The notes beneath the pieces were generated by a model. That model was given only the letters and a program-made list of their open reading frames with translations, searched no databases and had not been told where the DNA came from. The position numbers and the translations under genes were made by a program. From Mobula hypostoma (Eukaryota): DNA of 64,000 nt. Below, one piece after another: positions 13,380 through 25,236 of the stretch. Positions within the stretch are counted from its first letter, which is position 1. The number at the start of each line of letters is the position of its first letter. The stretch covers positions 13,516,001-13,580,000 of the forward strand of contig NC_086103.1 in assembly GCF_963921235.1 (NCBI RefSeq), given 5' to 3'.

Positions 13380-13543
13380 ATAGGTGCTTATATTCAGGGT
13401 TGGGCTCATGTTCGCTTAAGTACGGTAGGGACTTTCCAAGCAGGTTTTAACTTCCTCGTTGAGATTAAAAAAATCGTGTCCATCTCTGCTCTGCCCATAG
13501 ATTGCACTGCAGCCGGACCTGTTGTGAGCGGAGGGTTGGCACC
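13380..13543 (+). promoter_or_regulatory. CD74 proximal promoter / 5' UTR
   Basis: GGGACTTTCC (canonical kB) at 13428-13437, ETS/PU.1-like ACTTCCTC at 13450-13457, and an A/T-rich tract at about 13464-13473, all directly upstream of the start codon. Confidence 0.7.
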
Positions 13544-13656
13544 ATGTCTGTGGACGAACAGCAGAACGCTTTGCTGAGGAACTCTCAGCAGGACATCGTC
13601 AGTCACAGCGATGTGGAGGTCCGATCGATGGCTCCCAGCCAGGTCACTGCCCAGAG
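13544..13656 (+). CDS. CD74: CD74 exon 1 (cytoplasmic tail MSVDEQQNALLRNSQQDIVSHSDVEVRSMAPSQVTAQR)
   Basis: Start context gcaccATG. Acidic residues plus a Leu-Leu sorting-type motif (DEQQNALL). Strong donor AG|GTGAGA in phase 2, matching exon 2 and mammalian CD74 intron 1. A perfect kB site lies about 110 bp upstream. Confidence 0.88.
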
Positions 13657-15930
13657 GTGAGACCCCACGACCAAATCACTGGATGTGTGTAAAGCGGGTT
13701 CTTGATTCATCGGGGCGTCAAAGGGTGCAGGGAGAAGGCAGGAGAATGGGACTGAGAGAAAATAAATCAGCCCTGATGGAATGGCGGAGCAGACGCAATG
13801 GGCCGAATGGCCCAACTCTGCTCCTGTGAATTATGGTCTTATAAAGTGCAGACGCTGATATGAGATAGACTGGCAGATCAAGATCTTTAGCGTAGGAGGG
13901 ATCGTGCAAAGAGTCAGATGAACACAAACGGGTGCAGTGGAAACCAATTTATTGGATAGATTGAAACTGGATATTGATATGTTCTTGATTGGAAAGGGCA
14001 TCACAGGGAGAAGGCAGCAGAATGGGGTTGAAATGGCGGAGAAGACTCGATGGGCCGAACGGCCTAATTCTGCTCCTATGTCTTCTAAGCTGCAGGTGTT
14101 CAACTCGTGAAACGCGAGAGATACTGNNNNNNNNNNNNNNNNNNNNNNNNNNNNNNNNNNNNNNNNNNNNNNNNNNNNNNNNNNNNNNNNNNNNNNNNNN
14201 NNNNNNNNNNNNNNNNNNNNNNNNNNNNNNNNNNNNNNNNNNNNNNNNNNNNNNNNNNNNNNNNNNNNNNNNNNNNNNNNNNNNNNNNNNNNNNNNNNNN
14301 NNNNNNNNNNNNNNNNNNNNNNNNNNNNNNNNNNNNNNNNNNNNNNNNNNNNNNNNNNNNNNNNNNNNNNNNNNNNNNNNNNNNNNNNNNNGGGAACTCT
14401 GCAGGTCAGGAGCATCGATACCGTTCCTCTCAGAGCCCTCGGAGAGCAGGTCACCCACCCACCGGCGTCCGGGATGCCAAATATGGGAAGCATCAGGTTG
14501 CAGGGCCGTCGACCCCCGTAAAGATTTTATTACCGTCCCGGGAGGGGAATTCGTTGACCACACCCCACACCCTCATTGGAAATCCGAAATAAAAACAGAG
14601 GAATGCTGGCTAATGCCGGAGGAGCTCCGCAGATCAGACAGCATCTGCGGAGAGGAATAAACAGTCGATATTTCGCGTCGAGACCCTTCCTCAGGACCAC
14701 CCCTCCCCAGTCCAACCACCGTTCCTTCAGCATTTCCAGTCAGTCATTTTGTATAGACAGACACTCCTCTGCCTAGCGTCACTTTATGGGCATACAAGCT
14801 ATCTTATGTATTTATATTTATTGTGTGTGTTTTTTTTTATTATTGTGTGTTTTCTGCTGCATCTGATCTGAAGTAACAATTATTTTGCTTCCCTGTATGA
14901 TGTGTACTGGAAATTACAATAAATTGTCTTGAATTTGGAAAAGAAGTTGGTGGGGAGGGAGGAAGAGAGATACCCACCCAGTGTTTTAATATTCAGGAAC
15001 AACTCTTCATTGTCTGAGCAAACAAAAAAATTATTGAAGGAAATCAGCGGGTCAGGCAGCGTCTGTGGAGAGGGAATTCACACTCAGCGTCTGTGGAGAT
15101 AGAAACAGTTAACAGTCATCGGGTCGAAGGAACCGTTTACCGTGTTTCACTCTCCGCAGATCTTGCTGAGTGTTTGCAGAATTCTTTTTTTTTCGTATTA
15201 CCTTTGAAAAGGTTCCTTAAGGTTGTCATAGCCGGGGGAGGTGGGGTATTGGGTACAAGCTCCCACTGCCTATTAAACGCTCCCAATGGCACGCGTGTCA
15301 AATAGCCTCTGGCAACCAAGTCCAGCTCCCGGCCTTCAGGTGTGTCTTGAACCGTTTCTACTGACAGGAGAAGGGACAAAGCCTTAAAACCAGTCGCATT
15401 GGGCAGATGGGGCTCGCCAGCCGTGGCTGGCAGCTGGTCTGGAAGGAAAACTCTGATCTCAAACCTCCGCTGCCTTACGGCTAGACCCACACATGGGGAA
15501 GGCTTCGGGGGTAAACCTGGAGGAAAGGTCCAGCTCTGGAGCCCCTGAGGCAGCCCGACGTTGAGTTCAACTCCTGCAACACTGCTGGTGCTAAGCAGAA
15601 TCGATCCCTGCCGTTCGTTTGGATTCATCGATTGCGTGGTGAGGGGTAGCAACAGCTGGCTCTCCATCTTGTACTGTACTGCCCCGGCTTGCATACTGGG
15701 TTCTCTGATGTAGATAGCTAGCCATCCGTGGTTGGTCCCGACTGACGGAGGGGCCACAACCCTTGAAAAGTACTCTCTAATCTTGTGGAAATGTTTGATG
15801 ATGAAATTCAATTAAAAATAAATTTTAAAAAAGTACACTCTATGAAACACACTCACACTCGCACGTTGAGATAAAAAAAGACAGAGGGGGACCAAAGATA
15901 GACTTGTGTGCATTGATGCATGCGACCATG

Positions 15931-16001
15931 TGACTCACACTCCGCGAGATAAATTTATGAAGTTTCTGGGGGGAGACGTGCATTGGGAAGTGAAAGTTTC
16001 C
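15931..16001 (+). promoter_or_regulatory. Intron-1 PU.1/IRF composite site cluster
   Basis: GGAAGTGAAA at 15986-15995, with TGACTCA (15931-15937), ATTGG and kB-like GAAAGTTTCC, in non-repeat sequence. Confidence 0.4.
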
Positions 16002-17429
16002 GATGGACAAGCCGATCTGAGGGTCACGGTCGGGCTTGAAGCCAGATCCGGGTTGGTTGTTGTGCCCAAGTAGTACTGCCTGTTTGAATCCGAATCAGAA
16101 TGCTTGTCGTGAAATGTATTGTTTTGCTGCTGCAGTACAGCGCAGTTCGAGATAATAAAGACATTGAATTACTATAAGTAGTGCAAAAAGAGGGAAAAGT
16201 ACTGAGGAAGTGTTCATGGGCTCATTGTCCATTCAGAAATCTGATGGCGGAGGGGAAGAAGCTGTTCCTGAAACGTTGAGTGTGTGTCTTCGGGCTCCTG
16301 TAGCTCCTCAATGAGAAGGGGGCATGTCCTGGGCGATGGGGGCCCTGAATGATGGACGCCGCCTTTTTGAGGGGTCACCAGTTGAAGTTGTCCTGCATGC
16401 TGCGGAGGTTCGCGCCCGTGATGGCGCCGGATGACTTTACAACCTCCGCAGCCTTTTCTGATTCCGGGCAGTGGAATTCTGAAATACTCAGGGATGGCTC
16501 TGCATTGTCAAAATCAAAATGCTGCTGGAGGAAGTCAGCAGGCCAGGCGGCTTCTGTGGAGGTAGAGGGAGAAAGATGATAAAGTTCAGGTTTATTGTCA
16601 TTCAACACACGCATGTATACTGCCAAATAAAACAACGTCTCTCCAGACCAAAGTGCATACACAACATAAAGTAATATTACCGCAAATAAATTAACAAATA
16701 GTAAAATATGTTGCAGAAGATTGACATTTAGCATTTACAACACAAGTTAAAAAGTAAAGAGTACAACAGCAATGGCACTTTATGGATGATGGGACCTGGG
16801 TGGTGGCAGGAAGTTCACTAATCCCAGAGCCTGTTTTCCATCCTAACAGTCCGTGTCCTAATGCCGGCTGCCTGATGGTAGGGGGTCAAAGAGATTGTGG
16901 GGTGGATGGGAGGGATCACTGACAATTCTCAGGACCCTGCATACGCAGTGTTCCTGATTAAATATCTCATTTGGGTGGAACAGATTCTCTTTATTTGTCT
17001 CACACACACACACACACAGAAAATTGTCGTTTGCATCGATGACCAACACAGTCCGAGGATATGCTAGACTCAGCCTGCAAGTGTTGCCGTGGTTCCGGGC
17101 CAGCACAGCATGCTCACGGCTCACCAACCCTAATCCGTACATCTTTGGAATGTGGGAGGAAACCGGAGCACCCGGAGGAAACCCACGCGGTCATGGAGAG
17201 AATGTACAGACAGTGACGGTAATTGAATCCAGTCATTGGCGCTGTAATAGCATTACGCCACTGTGCTGCCCATAGTCGATGTTTCAATCCCGATGAAGGG
17301 TCTTGACCCGAAACGCTGGCTCTCCATTTCCCTCTGCGGATGCCGCCTGACCTGCTGGGTTCCTCCAGCACTGGGTGAGTCACTCCGGATTCCAGCACCT
17401 GCAGACTCTTGTGTCTCCGGAGTATGGTG

Positions 17430-17710
17430 CGGGTGCCATGGTAACCTAGCGGTTAGCATAAGACATGATAGCGCTAGTGACCTGGGTTCAATTCCCACTG
17501 CTGTCTGTGAGGAGTCTGTACGTTCTCCCTGTCACCACGCAGGTTTCCTCTCGCTGTCCAAAGGCATGCAGGTTAGGGGTAGCAGGTTGTGGATATGCCA
17601 TGTTGGTGCTGGGAATGTGGCTGCACTTGTGGGCGCGTCTCAGACTGTGTTGGCTGTTGAAGCAAACAACACATTCCACTGCGTGTTTTAATGTATATGT
17701 GACAAATAAA
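17430..17710 (+). mobile_element. tRNA-derived SINE (V-SINE/HE1-like); one of more than 10 copies in the window
   Basis: A/B-box head ggttagc...gggttcaattccc followed by the conserved core tgtacgttctccc...ggtttcctc. Confidence 0.7.
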
Positions 17711-17994
17711 GCTAATCTTCTAATCTTTTATCTTCCCCCAATGACAGATCTCTGTTCCCTGGGGCTGCAGTTGATTCTTTCAGCAGATGAGAGTTTTGGG
17801 AAATGAAACTGTGTGATTTAACTTGCTGACCCACTCTCTTGTTTCATGTGTGCCCACAGTTCTAAACACTGAAACTCCCTCCCCCTCCCTTGTTTTTATA
17901 AACGTACAAAACTTCAAATTAAAATAGTTATTACCATCTATAATACACTGAATTCCCCAGGGGGCCCGCAGTTCACAGAAATCCTCCACTGAAC

Positions 17995-18445
17995 CCATAA
18001 TGGCTGCACGCTCCCTGCCTAAGGACACCTAGGGACAAATGTCCAGAAAAAGGGCAGGCAGTTGGCCTGGGCATAGACCTCAGCAGCCTGATGCCTAGAC
18101 CTGCAAACAGCCATCTTGGGCAGGCCAGCAGCAAGTCCAAGTGGACGTCCTCTGAGCAATCCACCCCTCCGTACTGGGTGCCCACGTACAGGAGCGCAGG
18201 GCTGACGTGCAGACAGGACTTGAGAAGCAACCCCCTCAGGTATTCCAACAGGGCCTGCAACCTGTCACGTACCATACCGACTGGTACACTGACCCCTCCT
18301 GACCACGGAATGGACAGGTGGATGGGGTATCAGTGAACCTGCTCAGGAATCTGTTGCACAGAACTGCCCTTTGTGACACCCTCCACCCCAGGCCCCCAAA
18401 GTACAGGGGAAAGACCCCTGCGTAAAGAGACTTCCACTGGGGGCC
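17995..18445 (-). mobile_element. Tx1-type L1-clade LINE 3' fragment
   Basis: RLQALLEYLRGLLLK..LHVSPALL resembles the Tx1 ORF2 C-terminus. Confidence 0.55.
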
Positions 18446-19734
18446 TCCCTCACCGCCTGATGGTAGTGGAGATGGGAACAGAATGAGGCCATTTGGCCCA
18501 TCAAGTCTGCTCTGTCATTTCATCCTGGCCGATCCATTTTCCCTCTCAGCCCCGATCTCCTGCCTTCTCTCCGTATGCCCTGACCAATAAGGAACCTATC
18601 AACCTTCTGCTTTAAGTATACCCAATATTTGGCCTACACAACCAACTGCAGCAACAAATTCCACAGACTCACCACTCTTTGGTAAAGAAGTTCCTCCTGG
18701 TCTATTATTAATACTCAACCAACCATCAGGCGCCTGTGTTCTCTTACTTACTCTCTCTGTCTTATTCGAGGCATTTTCTGCAGTAGGCTACGTGGTCAGC
18801 ACAACATTGTGGGCCGAAAGGCCTGCAATGAGCTGTAAATTTCTATATCTATGTCTCTGCCATGACTCTCTTTCTCTTTCTCTATTTCACAGTATATATT
18901 TTTTCATTAATTCTGTTGTATTTTTTGTTCTGCTGTAAATGCCCACAAGACAAAGAATCTCGGGGTTGTATATGGTGACATCTATGTACTTTGATAATAA
19001 ATTTACGTTGACCTTGGAATGTCTTATGGTATTATGAAGGAAAATGTCCGTTTATACTGTAACCCAATGTAATGTCGACATTTAGAGACTCGCCCCTCGG
19101 CGGAAGGGTCTGTGAGATGGACAGGGGTTTGGGGTGAGGAGTATTTGAGTTAGAGGGATCTGAGGAAGACTTTTTTCCTGAAGCAGAGGGTGTTGGAAAT
19201 TGAAGGGGGTGGTGAGAGCAAGTGAAGTCGAGTTTATTGCCGTGTTTCCAAGTACAGAGAGGTACAGGTACAGTGAAACACACTCTTTCAGCAGTGCCAC
19301 AGACACGTAGGTACAAACATCACACAGAACAGAAATGAAACACAAATTATTTATTTATTTGGAGATGCAGTGTGGGACAGGCCCTTCCGGCCCAACGAGC
19401 CCCACTGCCCAGCAATTCACAGATTTAGCCCTAGTCTAATCACAGGGCAATTTACCATGGCCGATTAACCTACTATCCGGTACTCCTCGGACTGAGAGAG
19501 GAATCTCACATGCTCATGGGAAGGACATAAAACTTCTTACAGACGACGTTGGAATTGAACTCAGACGCCCCACGCTCTCATAGCATCGTGCTAACCGCTA
19601 CTCCAGCATGGCACCTTAGTTATCCAAGACAGTGAAGAGAGAAGAAAATGACTGGGCAAAAATGTCACAGTCGATGGTAGGGGAAGAGGTAGTCTCTAGT
19701 GTTCTGCTGTTGAGGGAGGATGAGGGACAGAAAC

Positions 19735-20415
19735 ATAGAAAATAGGTACAGGAGTAGGCCATTCGGCCCTTCGAGCCTGCACCGCCATTCAGTACGACCA
19801 TGGCTGATCATCCAACTCAGAACCCTGTACCTGCCTTCTCTCCATACCCCCTGATCCCTTTAGCCACAAGGGCCATATCCAACTCCCTCTTAAATATAGC
19901 CAATGAACTGGCCTCAACTGTTTCCTGTGGCAGAGAATTCCACAGATTCACCACTCCCTGTGTGAAGAAGTTTTTCCTCATCTCGGTCCTAAAAGGCTTC
20001 CCCTTTATCCTTAAACTGTGACCCCTCGTTCTGGACTTCCCCAACATCGGGAACAATCTTCCTGCATCTAGCCTGTCCAATCCCTTTAGAATTTTATATG
20101 TTTCAATCAGATCCCCCCTCAATCTTCTAAATTCCAGAGAGTATAAGCCTAGTTGATCCAGTCTTTCATCATATGAAAGTCCTGCCATCCCAGGAATCAA
20201 TCTGGTGAACCTTCTTTGTACTCCCTCTATGGCAAAGATGTCTTTCCTCAGATTAGGGGACCAAAACTGCACACAATACTCCAGGTGTGGTCTCACCAAG
20301 GCCTTGTACAACTACAGTAGTACCTCCCTGCTCCTGTACTCGAATCCTCTCGCTATAAATGCCAGCATACCATTGGCCTTTTTCACCGCCTGCTGTACCT
20401 GCATGCCCACATTCA
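19735..20415 (-). mobile_element. Young CR1 3' fragment, same subfamily as 9518-11460
   Basis: ORF 19817-20311 is nearly identical to the end of ORF 9956-11248. Tail atttt ctatgtttct on the minus strand. Confidence 0.9.
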
Positions 20416-22093
20416 CTGACTGGTCGATCAGGATGTGCAGGTCGATCGAGAACCTGATTCATTCTAGGAAAGCAGCTGTTCCTGAACCTGCTGGTGCTGG
20501 ACTTCAGGCTTCTCAAAGTCAGAAAGTAAATTTGTTATGAAAGTATGTACAAACGTGTATATGCCGCCATGTACAACCTTGAGATTCATTTTCTTTCGGG
20601 CATTTACAGGAAAATTAAAGAATACAACAGATTTTATGAAAAAGACTGACAAACAACCAATGTGCAGAAAAAGGCAAACTGTGCAAATAAAAATAAAAGA
20701 ATTCTGTACCTCTTGTGTCTCGCACACCGTTTCACTACAGCAGCATAGTGGTTAGTTGGATGTTATTACAGCTCCGGGGCATCGGACTTCGGATTTCAAT
20801 CCTGGCCCCCTCTGTAAGGAGTTTGTATGTCCTCCCCATGGGATATGTGGATCTCCACCGGGTGCTCCAGCTTCCTCCCACAGTCCAAACATGTACCAGT
20901 TAGTAGGTTAATTGGTCATTGTTAATTGTAAAATATGTAGTTCACTTGAAAAGTCCTGTCATAGGTTACTGACAGAGCGCTGGAAAATGGAATGAAGGTG
21001 GTCAGCATGAAGACAATGGGCAGAAGGGTCTGTTACGCTCATGAGTGACTCTCTGTACCAACACACACCGTCCACCAGAGGTCACTGATGATCCATGAGC
21101 AAAGAGAAAGATCAGTTTCTGACTTTGATCAACTTCCTGATTTCACCAGTCTGGGGTCTGCTATGTAGATTATTCCCGATACAGTTACCTGCTCTAAGAC
21201 ACTGGTTTAATCTCCATTTCATAGGACACGGGGCATAAAGCATAGAACTTGTTCTACCTCAATGCACAGGGTAATAATCTGATCTGTAAGCACAGTGGCA
21301 AGACAAGATTTTCATTGTACCTCAGAACACTGAACAGTACAACACAGTCCACCGTGTTGTGCTGACCTTTAAACCTACTCTAAGATCAATCTAATCCTTC
21401 CCTCCCACATAGACTTCCATGTGCCCATCTAACAGTTTCTAAATGTCCCTAATGTACCTGCCTCTACCATCACCCCTGGCAGGGTATTCCACACACCCAC
21501 CACTCTCTCTGTTTTAAAAAAGAACACCAACCTCTGACCCCTATACTTCCCTCTAATCACCTTAAAATTATGCCCCCTCATATTCACCACTTCTACTCTG
21601 GGAAAAAGTCTTTGGGTGAGCTATGCCAGGTTGAGCAGCTTCTGTGGGGGACAGAATTTTTGATGTTTTGGGTCGAAGCCCTATCTCAGGATTAATTCGC
21701 GGTTGGTGCTGCTGCGGACTTCTCAGTGACCCCCACCCAGGGTAGGGACGTTCGGAGTATTTGTGGTAGCACAGTGTGTAACACTATTACAGTGCTAGTG
21801 TCCAGGATTCAATTCCGCCAGCAGTCTGTAACGAGTTTGTACGTTCTCCCTGTGAGCGTGTGTGTTTCCTCAGGGTGCCCTGGTTTCCTCTCAGACCCCA
21901 GAGATGTACCGGTTTGGGTTAATACGTTGTGGGCTTGCTATGGTGACACTCGCAGGCTGCCCCCAGCACATGCTCGGGCTGTGTTGGTTGTTGACACAAA
22001 CAATACATTTCATGGTGTGTGCGATAAATAAACTAATTTTAAATCTCTCTCTTTAGCACATTGCCACCAGAGGCCTTCTGCCCTCTAATTCCC

Positions 22094-22385
22094 TTTGAAA
22101 AGTGGGTGCTGTAGCTGGTGAGAGGTGGGATGGGCTCCCCATCTGCTGAGGAACTGAACTCATTTTGAAAGGTGCTGTAGCTGGCGAGAGGTGGGTTGTG
22201 TTCCCATCTGGTGAGGAACTGAGACTTTGGACAGAGAGAAATTAGCAAGCGTTTTTTATGCTGATTGGAAGTTCCCTTCATTATTATTTGTCTTGCCAAC
22301 CAAGGGAATTTTTCCTGAACAGTTTCAGGGGAATTCCTCCTGTTACAATTCAATATTAATTGACACCGATCTAATTAGGAAATCC
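22094..22385 (+). promoter_or_regulatory. Intron-1 candidate enhancer (NF-kB cluster, duplicated PU.1/E-box unit, Y box)
   Basis: CTGATTGG at 22261-22268. kB consensus at 22267-22276 (reverse strand GGGAACTTCC) and 22328-22337 (GGGGAATTCC), with an imperfect site at 22304-22315. GAGGAACT occurs twice. Confidence 0.5.
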
Positions 22386-23054
22386 NNNNNNNNNNNNNNN
22401 NNNNNNNNNNNNNNNNNNNNNNNNNNNNNNNNNNNNNNNNNNNNNNNNNNNNNNNNNNNNNNNNNNNNNNNNNNNNNNNNNNNNNNNNNNNNNNNNNNNN
22501 NNNNNNNNNNNNNNNNNNNNNNNNNNNNNNNNNNNNNNNNNNNNNNNNNNNNNNNNNNNNNNNNNNNNNNNNNNNNNNNNNNNNNNNNNNNNNNNNNNNN
22601 NNNNNNNNNNNNNNNNNNNNNNNNNNNTGTCAATCGTTCCCTTTCCATCAATCTCAATAGTCCTAATATTCCACCTGACTCGACTTGCACATCTCTGGGA
22701 TGCAGGAGGAAACTGCAGCATGTAGGGAAGGCACATGCTGAGAGACAGAACATGCAAAACGCACACAGACAGCGCTGGAAGTCGGGTGGTTCCTCCTGTA
22801 TCCAGTAAAGTGGCCATTGAGTGTACGCTCATGGTCTTCTGCTGCTGTAGCCCATTAGCTTCAAGGTTTGGCATGTTGTGCATTCAGGAATGTTCTTCTG
22901 CACACCCCTGCTGTAACACATGGTATTTGAGTTACTGTCACCTTCCTGTCAGCTTGAACCAGTCTGGCCATTCTCCTCTGACCTCTCTCATTAACAAGAG
23001 AGGTGTAACACCTGCAGAACTGCTGCCCACTGGATTTTTTTTTTGTTTATCACA

Positions 23055-23520
23055 ATGAAGGTCTTCCATCTCTGTCTGTTCTTTCTATCTTCTCTATCAT
23101 GCCCCAGCTGTGGTTCAGGGTCCTCATTTCTGCCTGTATGGTATGGTGGCAGGTTGTCTTTGGTCTCCGACGTTTCCTCCACCATTGAGGAGCCTAATGA
23201 AGTGATGATGGAGTCGGCCTCTCTCCTCAGTACATCTCCAGCATTTCCTCGTGATGGCTGTGGCAATGTCCTCTTGGTGACACTGAAGGAGTAGGGTTGG
23301 TTGGAAATCTTTCTTGGCCAGAAAATACAGAAGATCTTCCAGAGACCCATGGAGGAGAATGAAGACAGCTTGTCAAGGTCACTCTCTGTCATGTGCCAGC
23401 ATTCTGACTCGTACAAGAGTGTGGACAGAACAGCTCTTCTTCAGCTTCACCTTGGTGTGGAAGCTGTACTTGGTTGACTCCCATATGTTGCTCATAAGTC
23501 TGAAGATGTTAATGAAATTC
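23055..23520 (-). mobile_element. Degenerate RTE-clade LINE 3' fragment
   Basis: YESECWHMTESDL, IFWPRKISN and VLRREADSI motifs. Confidence 0.6.
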
Positions 23521-23619
23521 TATTAGTTCCACTGATTAATGGAACTTTTTTGGGTAGTTCAAGAGTCAAGATTCAAAGTTGCGGGAACAGTTCAGTGTAG
23601 CTGAGTGAAGATTGTTTAA

Positions 23620-24025
23620 TGTCATTTCCAGTACACAAGGAGAACAGAATAATTGTTAGTCCAGATCTGATTCAGCACAAAAAAGCACAATAAGATAAAG
23701 AACATAATAATGACAACATACACAATAAATATTAATACAGCCTATAGATTGACTGTATGTGATACTAGGCACAGGAGCGACTGTACATAAGGTGATTCTG
23801 ACAGGAAATAATAAAGTAGTTGTGATTGGGGGTGTGGAGGGGGTGTTGATCAGTCTTACTGATTGGGGAAAGTAACTGTTTTGGAGTTCGGTGGTCCTGC
23901 TGTGGATGCTATGTACCCTCTTCCCTGTAGGGAGTGGGACAAACAGTCCATGAGCAAGGTGTGTGGGATCCTTCATGATGTTACTGGCCCTTTTCCAGCA
24001 CCTTTCTGTATATATGCCCTTGCTG
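23620..24025 (-). mobile_element. Rex/Babar-like LINE 3' fragment
   Basis: KRASNIMKDPTHLAHGLFVPLPTGKR motif. Confidence 0.65.
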
Positions 24026-24188
24026 GTGGGTCGGCTGGTGTTGTTCAGCATGGATTAAATGGGCCAAAGGACCTACTTCTGTGTTGTATCTATCCATGGC
24101 TCTAAGTCCACTCGTACACTGGGTAAGTTTGGCATTGCCTCGTTCCTTGAGCTTTTTTCTCCTCCTTACCAGTGTGATCTGCTTTCAG

Positions 24189-24367
24189 GGGCACCAGCTG
24201 GAAGCATGTCTTCCTCTACAGCGGCGTGTCGATCCTGGTGGCCATGCTGATCGCTGGGCAGGTGGTCAGTGTCATGTTCCTGTTGAAACAACAGGACAAG
24301 ATAACGAACCTGCAGAAGACGACGGATCGGATTGAACGCAAGCGCCAACCAAGCAGCGGCCCATTCA
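24189..24367 (+). CDS. CD74: CD74 exon 2 (type II transmembrane segment)
   Basis: GTSWKHVFLYSGVSILVAMLIAGQVVSVMFLLKQQDKITNLQKTTDRIERKRQPSSGPF resembles human [27 protein letters not shown]. Acceptor tttcAG, donor GTAAGC, phases 2/1. Confidence 0.95.
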
Positions 24368-24489
24368 GTAAGCACGCTCCCTGACTTCCGTTCGGATCTA
24401 ATTCCACTGAAATGGGCCGTGCGGATTCCGTATTCAAACATCTGGATACCGATCAGATTGCAAAACGATTCACACAAGTGAGATGGATG

Positions 24490-24720
24490 GTAAATGTGGT
24501 GGTTAGTACAACACTCTACAGCCCCAGTGACTTGGGTTCAATTCCTGCTGTCCCCTGAAAGGAGTTTGCACGTTCTCCTCGTGACCACGTGGGTTTCCTC
24601 CGGGTGCCCTGCTTTCCTCCACATTCCAAAAGCGTAAGGGCGAGTAGGTTAATTGGTCACTTTGGGGTAATTGGGTGTGGTGGACTCTTCAGACTGGAGG
24701 GGCCTGTTATTGTGCCATAT
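24490..24720 (+). mobile_element. tRNA-derived SINE in CD74 intron 2
   Basis: Same head and core as the 17430 copy. Confidence 0.65.
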
Positions 24721-25153
24721 CCCCAAGTAAGAATAGAGGAGAGAAGTTTAATGTCAGCGGGGAGAGGTTTGAAAGGAGTGTGAGGCTGGAGCAGCCAGAG
24801 GAAACCCAACGTGGTCACCGGGAGAACGTGCAAACTCCTTATAGACAGCTGGCAATGTAAAGTGTTATAGTAACTACCAGACTGCTGTGATGCCCTTGTT
24901 CTGGGTGAACAATAAGATGGACTCTTGGCCCCACAATCTACCTCGTTATGATCTTGCACTTTATCGGTATCTGCACTGCACTTTCTCTGTAACTGTGACA
25001 CTTTATTCTGCATTCTGTTATTGTTTTACCTTGTTTACCTCAATGCACAGTGTAATGATCTGATCTGTGTGAACAGAGTGCAAGACAAACTTTTCACCGT
25101 ATCTCAATACATGTAACAGTGATAAAGCAATCCCAATTTTTTTTACCCTTCAG

Positions 25154-25236
25154 GACCGAAACCAGTCATGCACATGCGGCCCATGATCATGGATCTTCCT
25201 ATGTCGTACATAGACCCCAAGGCCGAGGCTCCAAAG
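25154..25236 (+). CDS. CD74: CD74 exon 3 (CLIP region RPKPVMHMRPMIMDLPMSYIDPKAEAPK)
   Basis: Met/Pro-rich CLIP-like motif (human [20 protein letters not shown]). Acceptor ccttcAG, donor GTGACC, phases 1/0 as in human. Confidence 0.92.

Noticed and set aside
14392-14449. CpG-rich segment after the gap encoding ..IPFLSEPSESR, resembling human LPML..PESK
   Set aside because: Weak donor (GTCACC), no visible start, and exon 1 is already accounted for.
17430-17500. tRNA-like A/B boxes here and in other SINE heads
   Set aside because: These are SINE heads without a complete cloverleaf, not tRNA genes.
21140-21160. GAAATCAGGAAGT (minus strand), an IRF-ETS-like motif
   Set aside because: An isolated short motif that is likely by chance at this scale.
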